In this document: positions 50,059 to 60,061 of the stretch, piece after piece | How the letters are laid out: each line of letters starts with the position of its first letter | Position numbering within the stretch: the stretch's first letter is position 1 | From: Bdellovibrionota bacterium | GTDB taxonomy: Bacteria > Bdellovibrionota_C > UBA2361 > OMII01 | Reading direction: 5' to 3' | Length of the DNA: 64,000 bases | Assembly: GCA_044345405.1 (NCBI GenBank) | Contig: JBIJBE010000005.1 | Location: 1 to 64,000 of the forward strand | Made by a program: the position numbers and the translations under genes | Notes under the pieces: model-generated | Database searches by the model: none | What the model was told of the DNA's origin: nothing | What the model saw: only the letters and a program-made list of their open reading frames with translations

Positions 50059-50421
50059 CTAGGATCTCCCGCGAATCCCCTCTAAGGTCGCCGGTCCGGG
50101 CACCACGCCAAGGACGTGCTCTACCGTAACGATAGATCGTGGTTGATCGTTCGAGACGAACTCGAGTCGAGGATCACCGTGCGTTTTGGAATGAAGAACG
50201 TGCGCGGCCATCACAAAGCCGACGAGGCTGGCGTAAAAGGCGGCTCCTGAGCCGAGCAGGAACGTTCTCATCTTGGGAGAGAATTCGAGCCCCTCAACTG
50301 GGGTATCAGGGGGAAGATCGATAACATCCCGACCACGATGGTATCTCATGCGAAAACAGGTTTCACACAACCGGTCCGCGCTACCATCCGCAAGGCCACA
50401 CCGATAACATCCACAGCTCAT
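50059..50421 (-). CDS. small membrane protein with N-terminal Cys-rich Zn-ribbon-like motif
   Basis: MSCGCYRCG...LCETC followed by one TM helix; GAGG upstream. Confidence 0.6.
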   Translation of the reverse strand: MSCGCYRCGLADGSADRLCETCFRMRYHRGRDVIDLPPDTPVEGLEFSPKMRTFLLGSGAAFYASLVGFVMAAHVLHSKTHGDPRLEFVSNDQPRSIVTVEHVLGVVPGPATLEGIRGRS

Positions 50422-50554
50422 ACCGACTACCTCATCAGGATGGGTCGGCGGAATATCGGCAAAACTAAAGGGTTAGGGCTCAATTCACGTAACACGCTGA
50501 ATTGGCGAACGAATAGCGATGAGCACTGACGCTCCGGAGAGGGCTATCCCCCTC

Positions 50555-51964
50555 TTAACACGAGGTGCTGTTAATGCACTTGTTCGCCTCGAACGGCCCG
50601 TAGCAAACGCTGCCCACCTTCATATAGATCTTGGAGGAACCGGAGCTCTGCACGGCTCGAGCGGCAACCTGCGCCCCACCATACGGGGTGCTCTTCGCGC
50701 ACCGAATGCCCGCATAGTAGCGAGCAGCCCAGCCAGATCCTACCCCGTACAATCCAAGTTTCGCGATCACGTTACCGTTCATATCGATTGCGTCGATACA
50801 CGAGGGGAATGGGCCTGAAGCGCCAGGCTTCAATATCAATCCGATCGTTTTGGCGCGAACGTCAGTGAAGTGTTTTGACCCGAAGGTTTTGTAGATGTGC
50901 GTGCCTGGCATCCGCGCGAATGAGGAGCACTGAGCCGGCGGACCAGCGGAGGGATCACCTCCACTCGATGGAGTACTTGTGGGCGCGGGCGCGGTGACCT
51001 GAAGCCCAAGTGAATTAATGTTGACCTCATCGACAGGAATTCCACCAAGCGCAGTCGTCTCAGTCAGATCGATATCACGAGGATTAACAATCGTCGCGAC
51101 ATCCCCACCCTCATAGAGAACCTCATAGCCTGGCCCTTGAAGAAACTCACCCACAACGCTCGTTCCCGTACCAGCGAATACGCTTGAGGATACAGCGCCG
51201 CCCTCAAGGTTAAAGACCTTGACGGATGTCTTTCCCCCACTTCCAACGCTAAATCCGAGCAGGTCAGTTCCTGAGGTCTGACGCACCGGGAATGGTCGTG
51301 GGCGATTTCCCTGGCTCGCGAATTTGGGGAGACGAGAGAACTGTTTTACCGCTCCTGAATTAACATCCATCATCCGCGCGAGTGTCTTGGCGTTTGTCCC
51401 CGTTCGGGTGAGACCGATCCAATCGACCGCGGCACCGCTCTCAGCACGCGCGTAGAAAACTCGATCTCCCGCGTCACCGAACTGGAATGTCTTCTCAACG
51501 GGCGTGTCCACGGCGAAGAGATCGAATACGATAGTCCACTGAGCCTTCTTGTTTTCGAGACGAACCACGGCGGCGTCAGCGAGTCCATTACCGTTAAAGT
51601 CAGCCCCCGAGACAACGAGGTCCCCCTTCTTACCCAGTACCTTCGTACGGACGTTGCCACTCGAGTCTCGAATGGACCACTCGATCTGGTTGCTTGTGGC
51701 ATTGAGGGAAGCGACACCTATCTGGGTACCCCCCGCTACCCACTGGGCCATCGCGATCGCATCACCCGCCTTTCCGAGCGAGCCGAGAGCCATCTGTGCC
51801 TGGGATGTCGAGAGTTGGGCTATCCATGTCAAAGATTTGTCACTTTCGATCTGTACCCAGGTGCGGTCCGAGATACCGTCCCCGTCGAAGTCGTTGGGAA
51901 CAGCGGCATGGGCGTTCGACGCTACCATCAGGCAACCAAGCAGGCCGATTGATATTTTTTTCAT
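50555..51964 (-). CDS. Secreted protein with FG-GAP-like Ca-binding motifs and a Cys-containing C-terminal domain
   Basis: Signal peptide (AHA/A), NDFDGDGISD, ADFNGNGLAD, Pro/Thr linker. Confidence 0.75.
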   Translation of the reverse strand: MKKISIGLLGCLMVASNAHAAVPNDFDGDGISDRTWVQIESDKSLTWIAQLSTSQAQMALGSLGKAGDAIAMAQWVAGGTQIGVASLNATSNQIEWSIRDSSGNVRTKVLGKKGDLVVSGADFNGNGLADAAVVRLENKKAQWTIVFDLFAVDTPVEKTFQFGDAGDRVFYARAESGAAVDWIGLTRTGTNAKTLARMMDVNSGAVKQFSRLPKFASQGNRPRPFPVRQTSGTDLLGFSVGSGGKTSVKVFNLEGGAVSSSVFAGTGTSVVGEFLQGPGYEVLYEGGDVATIVNPRDIDLTETTALGGIPVDEVNINSLGLQVTAPAPTSTPSSGGDPSAGPPAQCSSFARMPGTHIYKTFGSKHFTDVRAKTIGLILKPGASGPFPSCIDAIDMNGNVIAKLGLYGVGSGWAARYYAGIRCAKSTPYGGAQVAARAVQSSGSSKIYMKVGSVCYGPFEANKCINSTSC

Positions 51965-52070
51965 AGATCCCCAAAAACGTTTGACGGCCGCGCGACGATA
52001 CTCGTGGCTTGAGCGCTCGTAAGACGCGCTCGCTCCCCCTACCTATTCAAACTTCATGCCTTTTTATGGA

Positions 52071-53900
52071 CTAAATATGATTACTGTTAGAGCGTCCGAG
52101 GCTCGACGCTCGAAGGGCGTTGCCGACCGCCCAGAGGTCGATAAACTCCTGCAGCAAAGCTCCAGCGACCGGCTCAAGATATCCCGCGGCGGCTAGAAAC
52201 ATCCCTCCGACACTGAGAATCATCCCGCCGACCGCGCTCTGCAACGCGACCCGTCGCATATGCCCGCTGATGTGAAGAAACTGATCGACCTTTCGGAGGG
52301 AAGGCTCCAAGATCACCGCCCCCGCCGCCTCAGAGGTAATATCGCTGCGTGGACCGAAGGCGACCCCAACCGTCGCGGCCGTCAACGCCGGAGCATCGTT
52401 GATACCATCTCCAAGATAGAGGGTCTGCGCTCGAGCTGTCTCTTCGCGCACGATATCGACCTTCTGCTCCGGAGATTTCCCGGCGAAGACCTTCGAGATG
52501 TGAAGCTTTCGCGCGAGGTACTGTACCTCCTCATCGCGATCCCCCGAGAGGAGGATAATATCCTTAAAGTTGTGCTGTGGGCCCAAATGCATGACGAAAT
52601 CTTTGCTTTCAGGTCGAGCCTCGTCCTGAAACCGAAACACAGCCGAGGGTTTATCATCGATCAAAACAAGACACTCTAATCCACTGGGCGCCGCCGCGAA
52701 TGACTTTGCGAGATCAGGGTCTACGGTTCTTCGGCCAGTAATGGTTACCTTCCGCCCGGCGACCATCCCCACCAAACCACGCCCCGGAATCTCCTGCACA
52801 TCTGAAGGATCAGCGAGTAAGAGGTGGCGTTCGTCCGCGACCTGCACAACGGGCTGCGCGAGAGGATGCTTGGAGTATTTCTCAACGCTCGCGGCGAGTC
52901 GAAGCACCTCGTTCTCCTCGATACCAAGAGCCTCAATCTCCACCAGTCGTGGCTCACCGATCGTGAGAGTTCCCGTCTTGTCGGTGATTAACACCTCACA
53001 GGTGTGCGCGCGCTCAAGCGCTATAGGGTCTTTGATAATTATTCCCCTCTTGGCTGACCACGAGATAGCGCCAATGATAGCGACCGGTATCGCGATGATG
53101 AGTGGACACGGTGTGGCGACAACGAGCACGGCGAGAAACCGGTGAGCCTCCCCTGAGAGCCCCCATGCCAGAAGGGCGATTACAACCGCGACAGGCGTGT
53201 AGAGCGCGCCAAGTTTATCGGCGAGACGTCTCAAACGGGGACGCTTCTGTCGCGTAACATCCATGACCTGCATGATCTTGGCGTAGCGAGAATCCTTAGC
53301 CTCTTTGCTCGCGCGAACGATAAGCGCCCCCTCTCCATTGATTGCGCCGGAGATAACCTCGCACCCCGGAGTCTTCGAGATCCGATAGGGCTCGCCGGTG
53401 AGGTACGACTCGTCCATGGAACTACGCCCCTCTATGACGACGCCATCCACAGGGCACAGCTCGTGCGGAAGAACCACCACCTCCTCACCAGCTCGCACCT
53501 CATCAGCGGCCACATCCACCATGCTTACCCCATGCCGCCTATGCGCGATCGATGGCATCCGCTTCGCGAGCGCGTCAAGCACGGATGACGCTCGACGCAT
53601 CGCGTACTCCTCTAACGCGGTACCGCCGGAGAGCATCAACACCACCAGAGCGCCGGCTATGTACTCTCCTAAGATGACTGATGTTACGATCGAGATACCG
53701 GCGAGGAGATCGGAACCGAACTCCCCCTTGCACATGCTGACGATAAGATTAAAGACAAGAAACGCCCCGCCACTGATAAGAACAACCAACACAGGCAGAT
53801 CCGCCGACCCAGGATCGATCCCGAATGCGTAACGGAACACTAAGGTCATCGCGATAGCGATAACTGTGGCGATCGCTACGGTCACGTTGAGATACTTCAT
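52071..53900 (-). CDS. Heavy-metal P1B-type ATPase (P1B-5 signature)
   Basis: DESYLTGEP, VATPCP, DKTGTLT, SKHP, GDGINDAPAL, QEFID. Confidence 0.92.
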   Translation of the reverse strand: MKYLNVTVAIATVIAIAMTLVFRYAFGIDPGSADLPVLVVLISGGAFLVFNLIVSMCKGEFGSDLLAGISIVTSVILGEYIAGALVVLMLSGGTALEEYAMRRASSVLDALAKRMPSIAHRRHGVSMVDVAADEVRAGEEVVVLPHELCPVDGVVIEGRSSMDESYLTGEPYRISKTPGCEVISGAINGEGALIVRASKEAKDSRYAKIMQVMDVTRQKRPRLRRLADKLGALYTPVAVVIALLAWGLSGEAHRFLAVLVVATPCPLIIAIPVAIIGAISWSAKRGIIIKDPIALERAHTCEVLITDKTGTLTIGEPRLVEIEALGIEENEVLRLAASVEKYSKHPLAQPVVQVADERHLLLADPSDVQEIPGRGLVGMVAGRKVTITGRRTVDPDLAKSFAAAPSGLECLVLIDDKPSAVFRFQDEARPESKDFVMHLGPQHNFKDIILLSGDRDEEVQYLARKLHISKVFAGKSPEQKVDIVREETARAQTLYLGDGINDAPALTAATVGVAFGPRSDITSEAAGAVILEPSLRKVDQFLHISGHMRRVALQSAVGGMILSVGGMFLAAAGYLEPVAGALLQEFIDLWAVGNALRASSLGRSNSNHI

Positions 53901-54090
53901 ACGTCGCCCTTTTCACTCTCTGCCGCTTCGGCCCCGGGGCCGCTAGCGGGAACGTCTATTGACGGTAGATTGTACACTACACCAGCGCATGGGTACCTGA
54001 ACACCATCCCTTCACCACTCCCAAACCTCATGGACAGGTCGCACACTACTTTGCGATGATACCGATCTATTGAGCAAAAGTGGTATCCCG

Positions 54091-55146
54091 ATGAACGCCC
54101 CCACTCATCCTTCAATCATTCACCCCAAAGTCGATCCCTGGCTCGTCGGAGGACTTTCGATTCTGGTCCTTATGAGCTTTATAGTCATCAGCTCAAAGGT
54201 CCCTCAGGAGCTCATCCTCGGGAATTTTTTGATTCTCACGGTGCTCATAAACGGCACCCATTTCATGGCATCGTACTTTCTCCTCTACTCATCTCGGGAC
54301 TATATCAAGCGATATCGCGCGGCTTCGGTCTACGTACCTCTCGGATTGTTGCTGCTTGGGGCAGCCGGTTTGTGGATGGCGGCTCCCCCCCGAAGCGATC
54401 CAGGTATCGTGCACGCTCTTATCGTTATCGCCGCGCTCTACCTCGCGTTGCACTATACAGGCCAGGCGTGGGGGATGATGGCCTCATACGCGTATCTTCA
54501 CGGCATTCGATTCTCTAAAACTGAGCGCACCACCCTTCGAGCGTGTCTTCGCGTGATGGCGGTGTGGCAAATGGTGTGGGCTCTCACCACAAGTCCCTCA
54601 TATATTCCGGCTTCTTTTCTTCCGTGGGCAGAACCTTGCGTGAGGGCAATAAACGTAGCCGGCGCGCTCTCATTTCTCGTAGGGCTCCTCACCCTTTTAG
54701 CTCTTCGACGTCGACTTCACGTGCCCCTTCCAACCTCCCTCGTCCTCCCATTCGGAAGTCTCTACGTTTGGTACCTCTTTCTGTTCCTCTATCCCCAATC
54801 ACTCTTCTGGGTTCAAATATTTCACGCGACTCAGTATCTCTCCTTTCCTTTGAGGATCGAGGCAAACCGCTCGGCTTATAAAGGCGGCCCCCTTTTGTCT
54901 TCCTCGCAAGCGCGCCACCTCTTGACCTACTCACTGACCCTGTGCGCCATGAGCCTCTTTGTCTTCGTGGGGATCGATAAAATCCTCAATTATCCGAGCG
55001 GAGGATTTGAGACCTATACCCTTGTGCTCGTATCGTTGATCAATATCCATCACTATTTTATCGATGGATGCGTCTGGCACATCCGAAGCCCTGAGGTGCG
55101 CGCCGATCTCTTCGCGCACCTTACAACAACGCGGAGCGGTGAGTAG
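54091..55146 (+). CDS. Polytopic membrane protein with His motifs
   Basis: NGTHFMASY, LHYTGQAWG, FHATQYL, IHHYFIDGCVW; track start 54070. Confidence 0.75.
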   Translation: MNAPTHPSIIHPKVDPWLVGGLSILVLMSFIVISSKVPQELILGNFLILTVLINGTHFMASYFLLYSSRDYIKRYRAASVYVPLGLLLLGAAGLWMAAPPRSDPGIVHALIVIAALYLALHYTGQAWGMMASYAYLHGIRFSKTERTTLRACLRVMAVWQMVWALTTSPSYIPASFLPWAEPCVRAINVAGALSFLVGLLTLLALRRRLHVPLPTSLVLPFGSLYVWYLFLFLYPQSLFWVQIFHATQYLSFPLRIEANRSAYKGGPLLSSSQARHLLTYSLTLCAMSLFVFVGIDKILNYPSGGFETYTLVLVSLINIHHYFIDGCVWHIRSPEVRADLFAHLTTTRSGE

Positions 55147-55201
55147 GACCATGCCCCTCCCCGCTCCGCGGCCCCTCGCGAGACCCGAGAGTGGTAATCA
55201 C

Positions 55202-56587
55202 CTACCTCACGTAGATGCGCTTAGTCGAAAGCTTCGCGGCTTTCGCCCGTTGCCCAACAACCCGCTTCAGCTCCGCCGAGCACGCCGCGGTTTTAGGATC
55301 TACGTTATCGGCGTTTACAGCGCCAAACATCGGATCTGATCCGCCTACCTGCGCGCCCAACGCGGCGATATACCGCTTGAGAGCCGTTTGCGCCGGACGA
55401 CTTATCTTAACCGATGTTGCGGAAGCTCCCTTTTTCAGGGACACCTTCAGCGTACGGGTAGCCGGGTCGTAATCCCCGACTCGGACATTCACCAAGGCGC
55501 CGACCGGCATAACTCGGCTCGCGTAGAGATACGCGAGTGCCTTGTTACGTAATCCTATCGTTCCCTTTTCCAGCCCCTTGGTAGCGAACGCTTTCGCGGA
55601 TCGTGGAGACACCCGAACCCTCAGCCCAGCTCCTTGCTCCGCGGTTGAGCAGAACGCGGTGTGTTGCACGTGTGGGGTCGGCGCTCCGGGCGTTATCCCG
55701 GGGGAGGATGGTAGCTCCGGTGTTCCTCGATCCACTCCACCATCACTATCATCGGGATCGGGGGTCGCCGTAGGAACCTGACCACCGGTAACATCTGGAC
55801 TTGTCGGTGGGCACAACGCGACGGAACTTTGCTTAACAGCCGTGGAGATCCCGGCTGGAACCGGTCCGGTGGTGGTGATCATGAAATTATCCACTCGCAC
55901 TCGACCGTTCACCTCAGCCAAAAAGACACCAAACGCGCGGACCGTTCCCGCGGTTGGAAGTGAGGTGTTGTACGCGATTGGCGTGGTCGCGCCAAGACCG
56001 GTCACGTAGGGAACGGTGCCATACAGCAGTTCAGAGGGATCCACCTTCACAGGTTCCCAAGCCAAAGGATTGCTCTGACGAGTAGCGATACCCGAAATGT
56101 ACCATGTGTCATCGATCAGAAAGATCAGCTGGGTCTGATTCATGATGCCCGCGGCATCGGCGCCACTGAGCCGCTGCTCGTATTCGATGCTTGCGGACTG
56201 TTTCGAAATGAGTCCGACATCAAATGGAAATTCAGCCGTCAGGAACGAAACTCCATAGGTAGGCTTAAACCAAAACGAATACCCCTCTGCCTTTCCGTTT
56301 GGGGAGCTGTTTACCGATCCTCCCACAATCTTACTTCCGTATGAAAAGACCTTAAGGTTTCCGAACTTCTCCTTGGGAAGCCCCGTAACCAAAGCCATCC
56401 ATCCAGACTCGTCAGCAGCCGGCTTTCCTAAGCTTCCCGAGCAATACTGGTAGGTCTCTTTGTAGATTGTTTTCGATTCAGCCCAGGCCCGACCGGGCAC
56501 CATGGCGGTTGAGAGACACGTTCCTAACGCGATGGCGTGGAGACACGTTCTTGAAAATGATCTCGATAGCAAGGGGAGACGATTCAC
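55202..56587 (-). CDS. Secreted protein with a C-terminal degenerate tyrosine-recombinase-like domain
   Basis: Signal peptide (AWA/E), beta-rich N-terminal domain, Pro-rich linker, then GLRNKALAYLY...DYD...KKG...ALKRYI...PMF...RAKAAKL. Confidence 0.7.
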   Translation of the reverse strand: MNRLPLLSRSFSRTCLHAIALGTCLSTAMVPGRAWAESKTIYKETYQYCSGSLGKPAADESGWMALVTGLPKEKFGNLKVFSYGSKIVGGSVNSSPNGKAEGYSFWFKPTYGVSFLTAEFPFDVGLISKQSASIEYEQRLSGADAAGIMNQTQLIFLIDDTWYISGIATRQSNPLAWEPVKVDPSELLYGTVPYVTGLGATTPIAYNTSLPTAGTVRAFGVFLAEVNGRVRVDNFMITTTGPVPAGISTAVKQSSVALCPPTSPDVTGGQVPTATPDPDDSDGGVDRGTPELPSSPGITPGAPTPHVQHTAFCSTAEQGAGLRVRVSPRSAKAFATKGLEKGTIGLRNKALAYLYASRVMPVGALVNVRVGDYDPATRTLKVSLKKGASATSVKISRPAQTALKRYIAALGAQVGGSDPMFGAVNADNVDPKTAACSAELKRVVGQRAKAAKLSTKRIYVR

Positions 56588-56719
56588 GGAAAACTCCTCA
56601 GAAAGATAGGCATCACATCTCGCATGTCAGGACTGTGCCCACAGAGATGCTTCGGTATGTGATAGTCCTAACGGGAATTTGTCTGAATGACTGACATCAT
56701 GAGATGACGACGGAGATCG

Positions 56720-57466
56720 TCAGACCCGCTCAGCCCACATGAGGAACTCTTTATTCCCTTCGGTGCCCAAAATCGGAGAGGGGATGGTCCCCCGGTGAGC
56801 GAGGCCAACAGACGGAAGAAAATCTCGCACGGTTTGCGTCACCCGGTCATGCACCACCGCGCTCTCAATAATACCGCCCTCTCCAACATCCTCCTTTGCC
56901 GCCTCGAATTGAGGTTTCACAAGGGCGATCACTACTCCACCCGGGACGAGCCACTTCGAGATCACTGGAAGAACCTTCGTCAGGGAGATAAACGACACAT
57001 CGATGGTGACGAGGTCGATCGCATCAGGGAGCTGTTCAACGTAACGAACGTTCGTTCGCTCCATCACCACCACACGAGGATTAGTTCGAATCTTCCAATC
57101 AAGATCCCCATACCCCACATCAATAGCGTACACCTTTTCAGCGCCACGCAGTAAAAGCACCTCAGTGAATCCACCCGTGCAAGCCCCTACGTCGGCGCAG
57201 ATCTTGCCGGATGGGGAGAGCTCGAATTCATCGAGCGCGCCGCAGAGCTTATGAGCGCCCCTTCCCACAAAATCCTTTCGGGGCGCCAACGTAATTTGAG
57301 ATTCAACGCTCACTAAGGTGCCCGGTTTATCAACCGTCACCCCTTCCACTCGAACAAGCCCAGCTCGAATATGCTTCTCAGCGACCTGCTGGGATGGCGC
57401 GATCCCCTCGCTGACAAGGCGGTCGATCAGTTTCTGTTTTTGGGGAGCTTTCGGGGCCATCGGCAT
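56720..57466 (-). CDS. tlyA: TlyA family rRNA 2'-O-methyltransferase
   Basis: S4-like N-terminus, GRGAHKL, DVGACTGGFT, IDVGYG, DVSFISL, LVKPQFE, GNKEFL. Confidence 0.94.
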   Translation of the reverse strand: MPMAPKAPQKQKLIDRLVSEGIAPSQQVAEKHIRAGLVRVEGVTVDKPGTLVSVESQITLAPRKDFVGRGAHKLCGALDEFELSPSGKICADVGACTGGFTEVLLLRGAEKVYAIDVGYGDLDWKIRTNPRVVVMERTNVRYVEQLPDAIDLVTIDVSFISLTKVLPVISKWLVPGGVVIALVKPQFEAAKEDVGEGGIIESAVVHDRVTQTVRDFLPSVGLAHRGTIPSPILGTEGNKEFLMWAERV

Positions 57467-57769
57467 TCAGTATCTCACACTATTGCTCCCGCATCTCCCC
57501 CCCTCTTCCGACACCATCACCTAAACGTTCCTTACTGAATCCGACTATCTCAATCCGATCTCACCCTGCGCGTGGTCCCACGTGAGTTGATCCCTGTCGC
57601 ATGGTGTTATGATCCGCTCGGCGGGATCGATGCGGTGCGTACGTGACCCGAAAATCAGAATCTGAGACAAGCGCTGGATGGAAAATTATTTAGAGCTGTA
57701 CACCGCATCTCTAATGGAATAGAAGACATCTCAACCTCGTAGGCAGTACCACCTTTAGGTCACTACTTC

Positions 57770-58015
57770 ATGACACATATCCCCGAGACACTTGCCGATA
57801 CTTCGTACGAACAACATGACGCCCGAGACATTATCGTGCTGGCGGATGTGTGTTTTGAGATGTTCCCTATTAAAGAGCTACGAAAGCCCCACCTGATTAT
57901 CGACGAACTCCAGGCGGCGTTCCCCGATTTTGATGAACCGGATATCCTCCGCGCGATCTCGATGGCGCTCTCGTGGCGGCGCCTTCTGCGCGACGCAGGG
58001 CGACCGCTGCACTAG
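57770..58015 (+). CDS. hypothetical protein (81 aa)
   Basis: ATG-started ORF in an otherwise empty intergenic gap, with protein-like composition. Confidence 0.5.
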   Translation: MTHIPETLADTSYEQHDARDIIVLADVCFEMFPIKELRKPHLIIDELQAAFPDFDEPDILRAISMALSWRRLLRDAGRPLH

Positions 58016-58162
58016 GAAAGCATCTAGAGAATTACTACAAGTGACGGACAAAGCGACCACGATGACGTCGACGTCATAGGTCTTACGTCTTACGAATACC
58101 GTCGATGGCTCACGGTAAACGTTTCAGGTCCTCGTTACTCGTATTTGAGAGATAGACAAAGA

Positions 58163-58201
58163 AAAAGGCGGTTGCGGGTAACTCACCCACAACCGCCTTT
58201 T
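58163..58201. terminator. bidirectional intrinsic terminator
   Basis: AAAAGGCGGTTGCGGGT-aactc-ACCCACAACCGCCTTTT. Confidence 0.85.
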
Positions 58202-58221
58202 CGTTCTAGTGAACGGAGAAT

Positions 58222-58554
58222 TTAGCGACGTCCGCCGAATCCACCACCACCATCACGGCGGCGAGGGCGATCCCCACCACCACGATTGAATCCACCCTCT
58301 CGTGGAGCTCGCTCGCGAGCGATATCAACCACGATTGAGCGACCATCTACGTCTGTTCCATTGAACATGTTTACAGCGGCCTGAGCCTCGTCCTCGCTGG
58401 ACATCTCAACGAAACCGAAACCACGCTTACGACCTGTAGCCGGATCGAGCACTACTCGCGCGGACGCCACAGTACCAGCTTGAGCGAACAAGCGGTTCAG
58501 ATCAGCATCCTCAAGCGAGAACGGCAGATTTCCTACATACAACTTCTTTGACAT
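58222..58554 (-). CDS. RRM RNA-binding protein with Gly/Arg-rich tail
   Basis: LYVGNL (RNP2), RGFGFVEM (RNP1); GGAGGA ribosome-binding site. Confidence 0.95.
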   Translation of the reverse strand: MSKKLYVGNLPFSLEDADLNRLFAQAGTVASARVVLDPATGRKRGFGFVEMSSEDEAQAAVNMFNGTDVDGRSIVVDIARERAPREGGFNRGGGDRPRRRDGGGGFGGRR

Positions 58555-58719
58555 TTACATTCCTCCACGGCACTAACAGTTCTGATAAGCCGCGGGAACG
58601 AAGTGACGGAACGTACACTGTTGCCTCTGAAGTAACTCGAACGGGCGGCCCAAACGAGCGACCTCGGCGATGAACATCTTCCGGTAATGTCCCGGAGCGG
58701 AAACCAGATTAACAGTCCG

Positions 58720-58749
58720 ATAGTAACAACCTCTTGACAATTGGGTCAA
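58720..58749 (-). promoter_or_regulatory. putative sigma-70 promoter of the RRM gene
   Basis: Minus strand TTGACC-N18-TACTAT with an extended TGn; overlapped by the inverted repeat TTGAC-N6-GTCAA (58734-58749). Confidence 0.5.
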
Positions 58750-58858
58750 TGATGATTTAGGACGAGCGCCCCCGGGCATCCGAGATCGGCGATAACCCGC
58801 TGAAATAAGCGAGCTAAATCACTCGAAAAACCCCCTAAAAATGGCCCTTTTTGGGCAA

Positions 58859-60061
58859 CTAGAGCCCAACATGCCGCCCCGAATCCGTGGACTCGGCCAT
58901 GACAACGCCGGAAAAGTCACTGGGAAACACCTCTCCAAACACCACCGAACGGTAAAGGGCCGCGTATTTATCGACCACAACCTGAAGTGAATACCGCTGC
59001 GCGATTCGAGAACGACCTCGCACTCCCCGTTCTCTCCACGCCTCACGCCCCTCTCGACACATGGACACGAGCGCGTGCGCGAGGTGCGTAGATGACCGAG
59101 CTGGCACAATGATACCGATACCATCGAGCAAAGCTCTCGTGTTACCAACATCACTCGCGACGCACGGCACTTCACAACACATCGCCTCGCCGATCACATT
59201 TGGAAAACCCTCAGCGACCGATGATGAGCATAGGATATCCAAAGCGGAATACACCTCCGAGATAGGAGAATACTCACCCACAAGTACTACGCGAGACGCG
59301 ACGCCGGACGAGACGAGAAGCCTTCGCAACTCTGGATTCGCCTCACTCATCCCACGTCCAATCAACATGAGGCGAGCGTTGGGCACACGCTTCAACAGCT
59401 CGGCGAACCCCTCAATGAGATACTGGCGCCCCTTCGCGCTATCATCCCGCCCAATATTCCCGATCAGGATATCGGACTCCGCGACACCGTACCGATCCCG
59501 AATACCTTTTCGCTTCTCCGAAGAGTGCGCGAATGTCTCAGTATCGAAACCGTTGCCGATCACGACACCACCCTCAGGCTCAAATCCCAAAGCTTCATGC
59601 TGTTCCCGGCTTTCCTGAGTGCAGTACACGATGCGCTCAGCGCGCGAAGAGAGCCATGCGTTAGCGCGAATCACGAACCGAGTTAGAAACTTCCGCTCCC
59701 GCACATCTTCGGTACCTCGCCGAATATTCCAGAGCGCGGGTAGAGCGCGTGTCAAGAAGGGACGGACCAAGGTTACCATCAGATTGGCGTGATACATCCA
59801 CCCCTGCAAGATGTCGGGTTCGAGCTCATTGATGAGCCGCCGCAATCGTGGAATAGCGAAGATCCCCCGAACAGTGGGCGACAAGCTCAGGGAATAGACC
59901 CGCACGCCCCTGGCCTCAAAGGCGTCAGCGAGCGGCTCTCGAGATGACAAGCTCACGACGATATTTTCGATTCCCCGCTCCTGAAGCCCAACAGCCAACC
60001 GAAGCAACATCCGTTGAGCACCATCCCCTCGCAGTCCGGTGATACAGTGAACTACTCGCAT
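58859..60061 (-). CDS. Glycosyltransferase family 4
   Basis: HCITGL..GAQRML, LQGWMYHAN, IGNGFD, KGRQYL, EGFPNVIGEAM. Confidence 0.92.
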   Translation of the reverse strand: MRVVHCITGLRGDGAQRMLLRLAVGLQERGIENIVVSLSSREPLADAFEARGVRVYSLSLSPTVRGIFAIPRLRRLINELEPDILQGWMYHANLMVTLVRPFLTRALPALWNIRRGTEDVRERKFLTRFVIRANAWLSSRAERIVYCTQESREQHEALGFEPEGGVVIGNGFDTETFAHSSEKRKGIRDRYGVAESDILIGNIGRDDSAKGRQYLIEGFAELLKRVPNARLMLIGRGMSEANPELRRLLVSSGVASRVVLVGEYSPISEVYSALDILCSSSVAEGFPNVIGEAMCCEVPCVASDVGNTRALLDGIGIIVPARSSTHLAHALVSMCREGREAWRERGVRGRSRIAQRYSLQVVVDKYAALYRSVVFGEVFPSDFSGVVMAESTDSGRHVGL

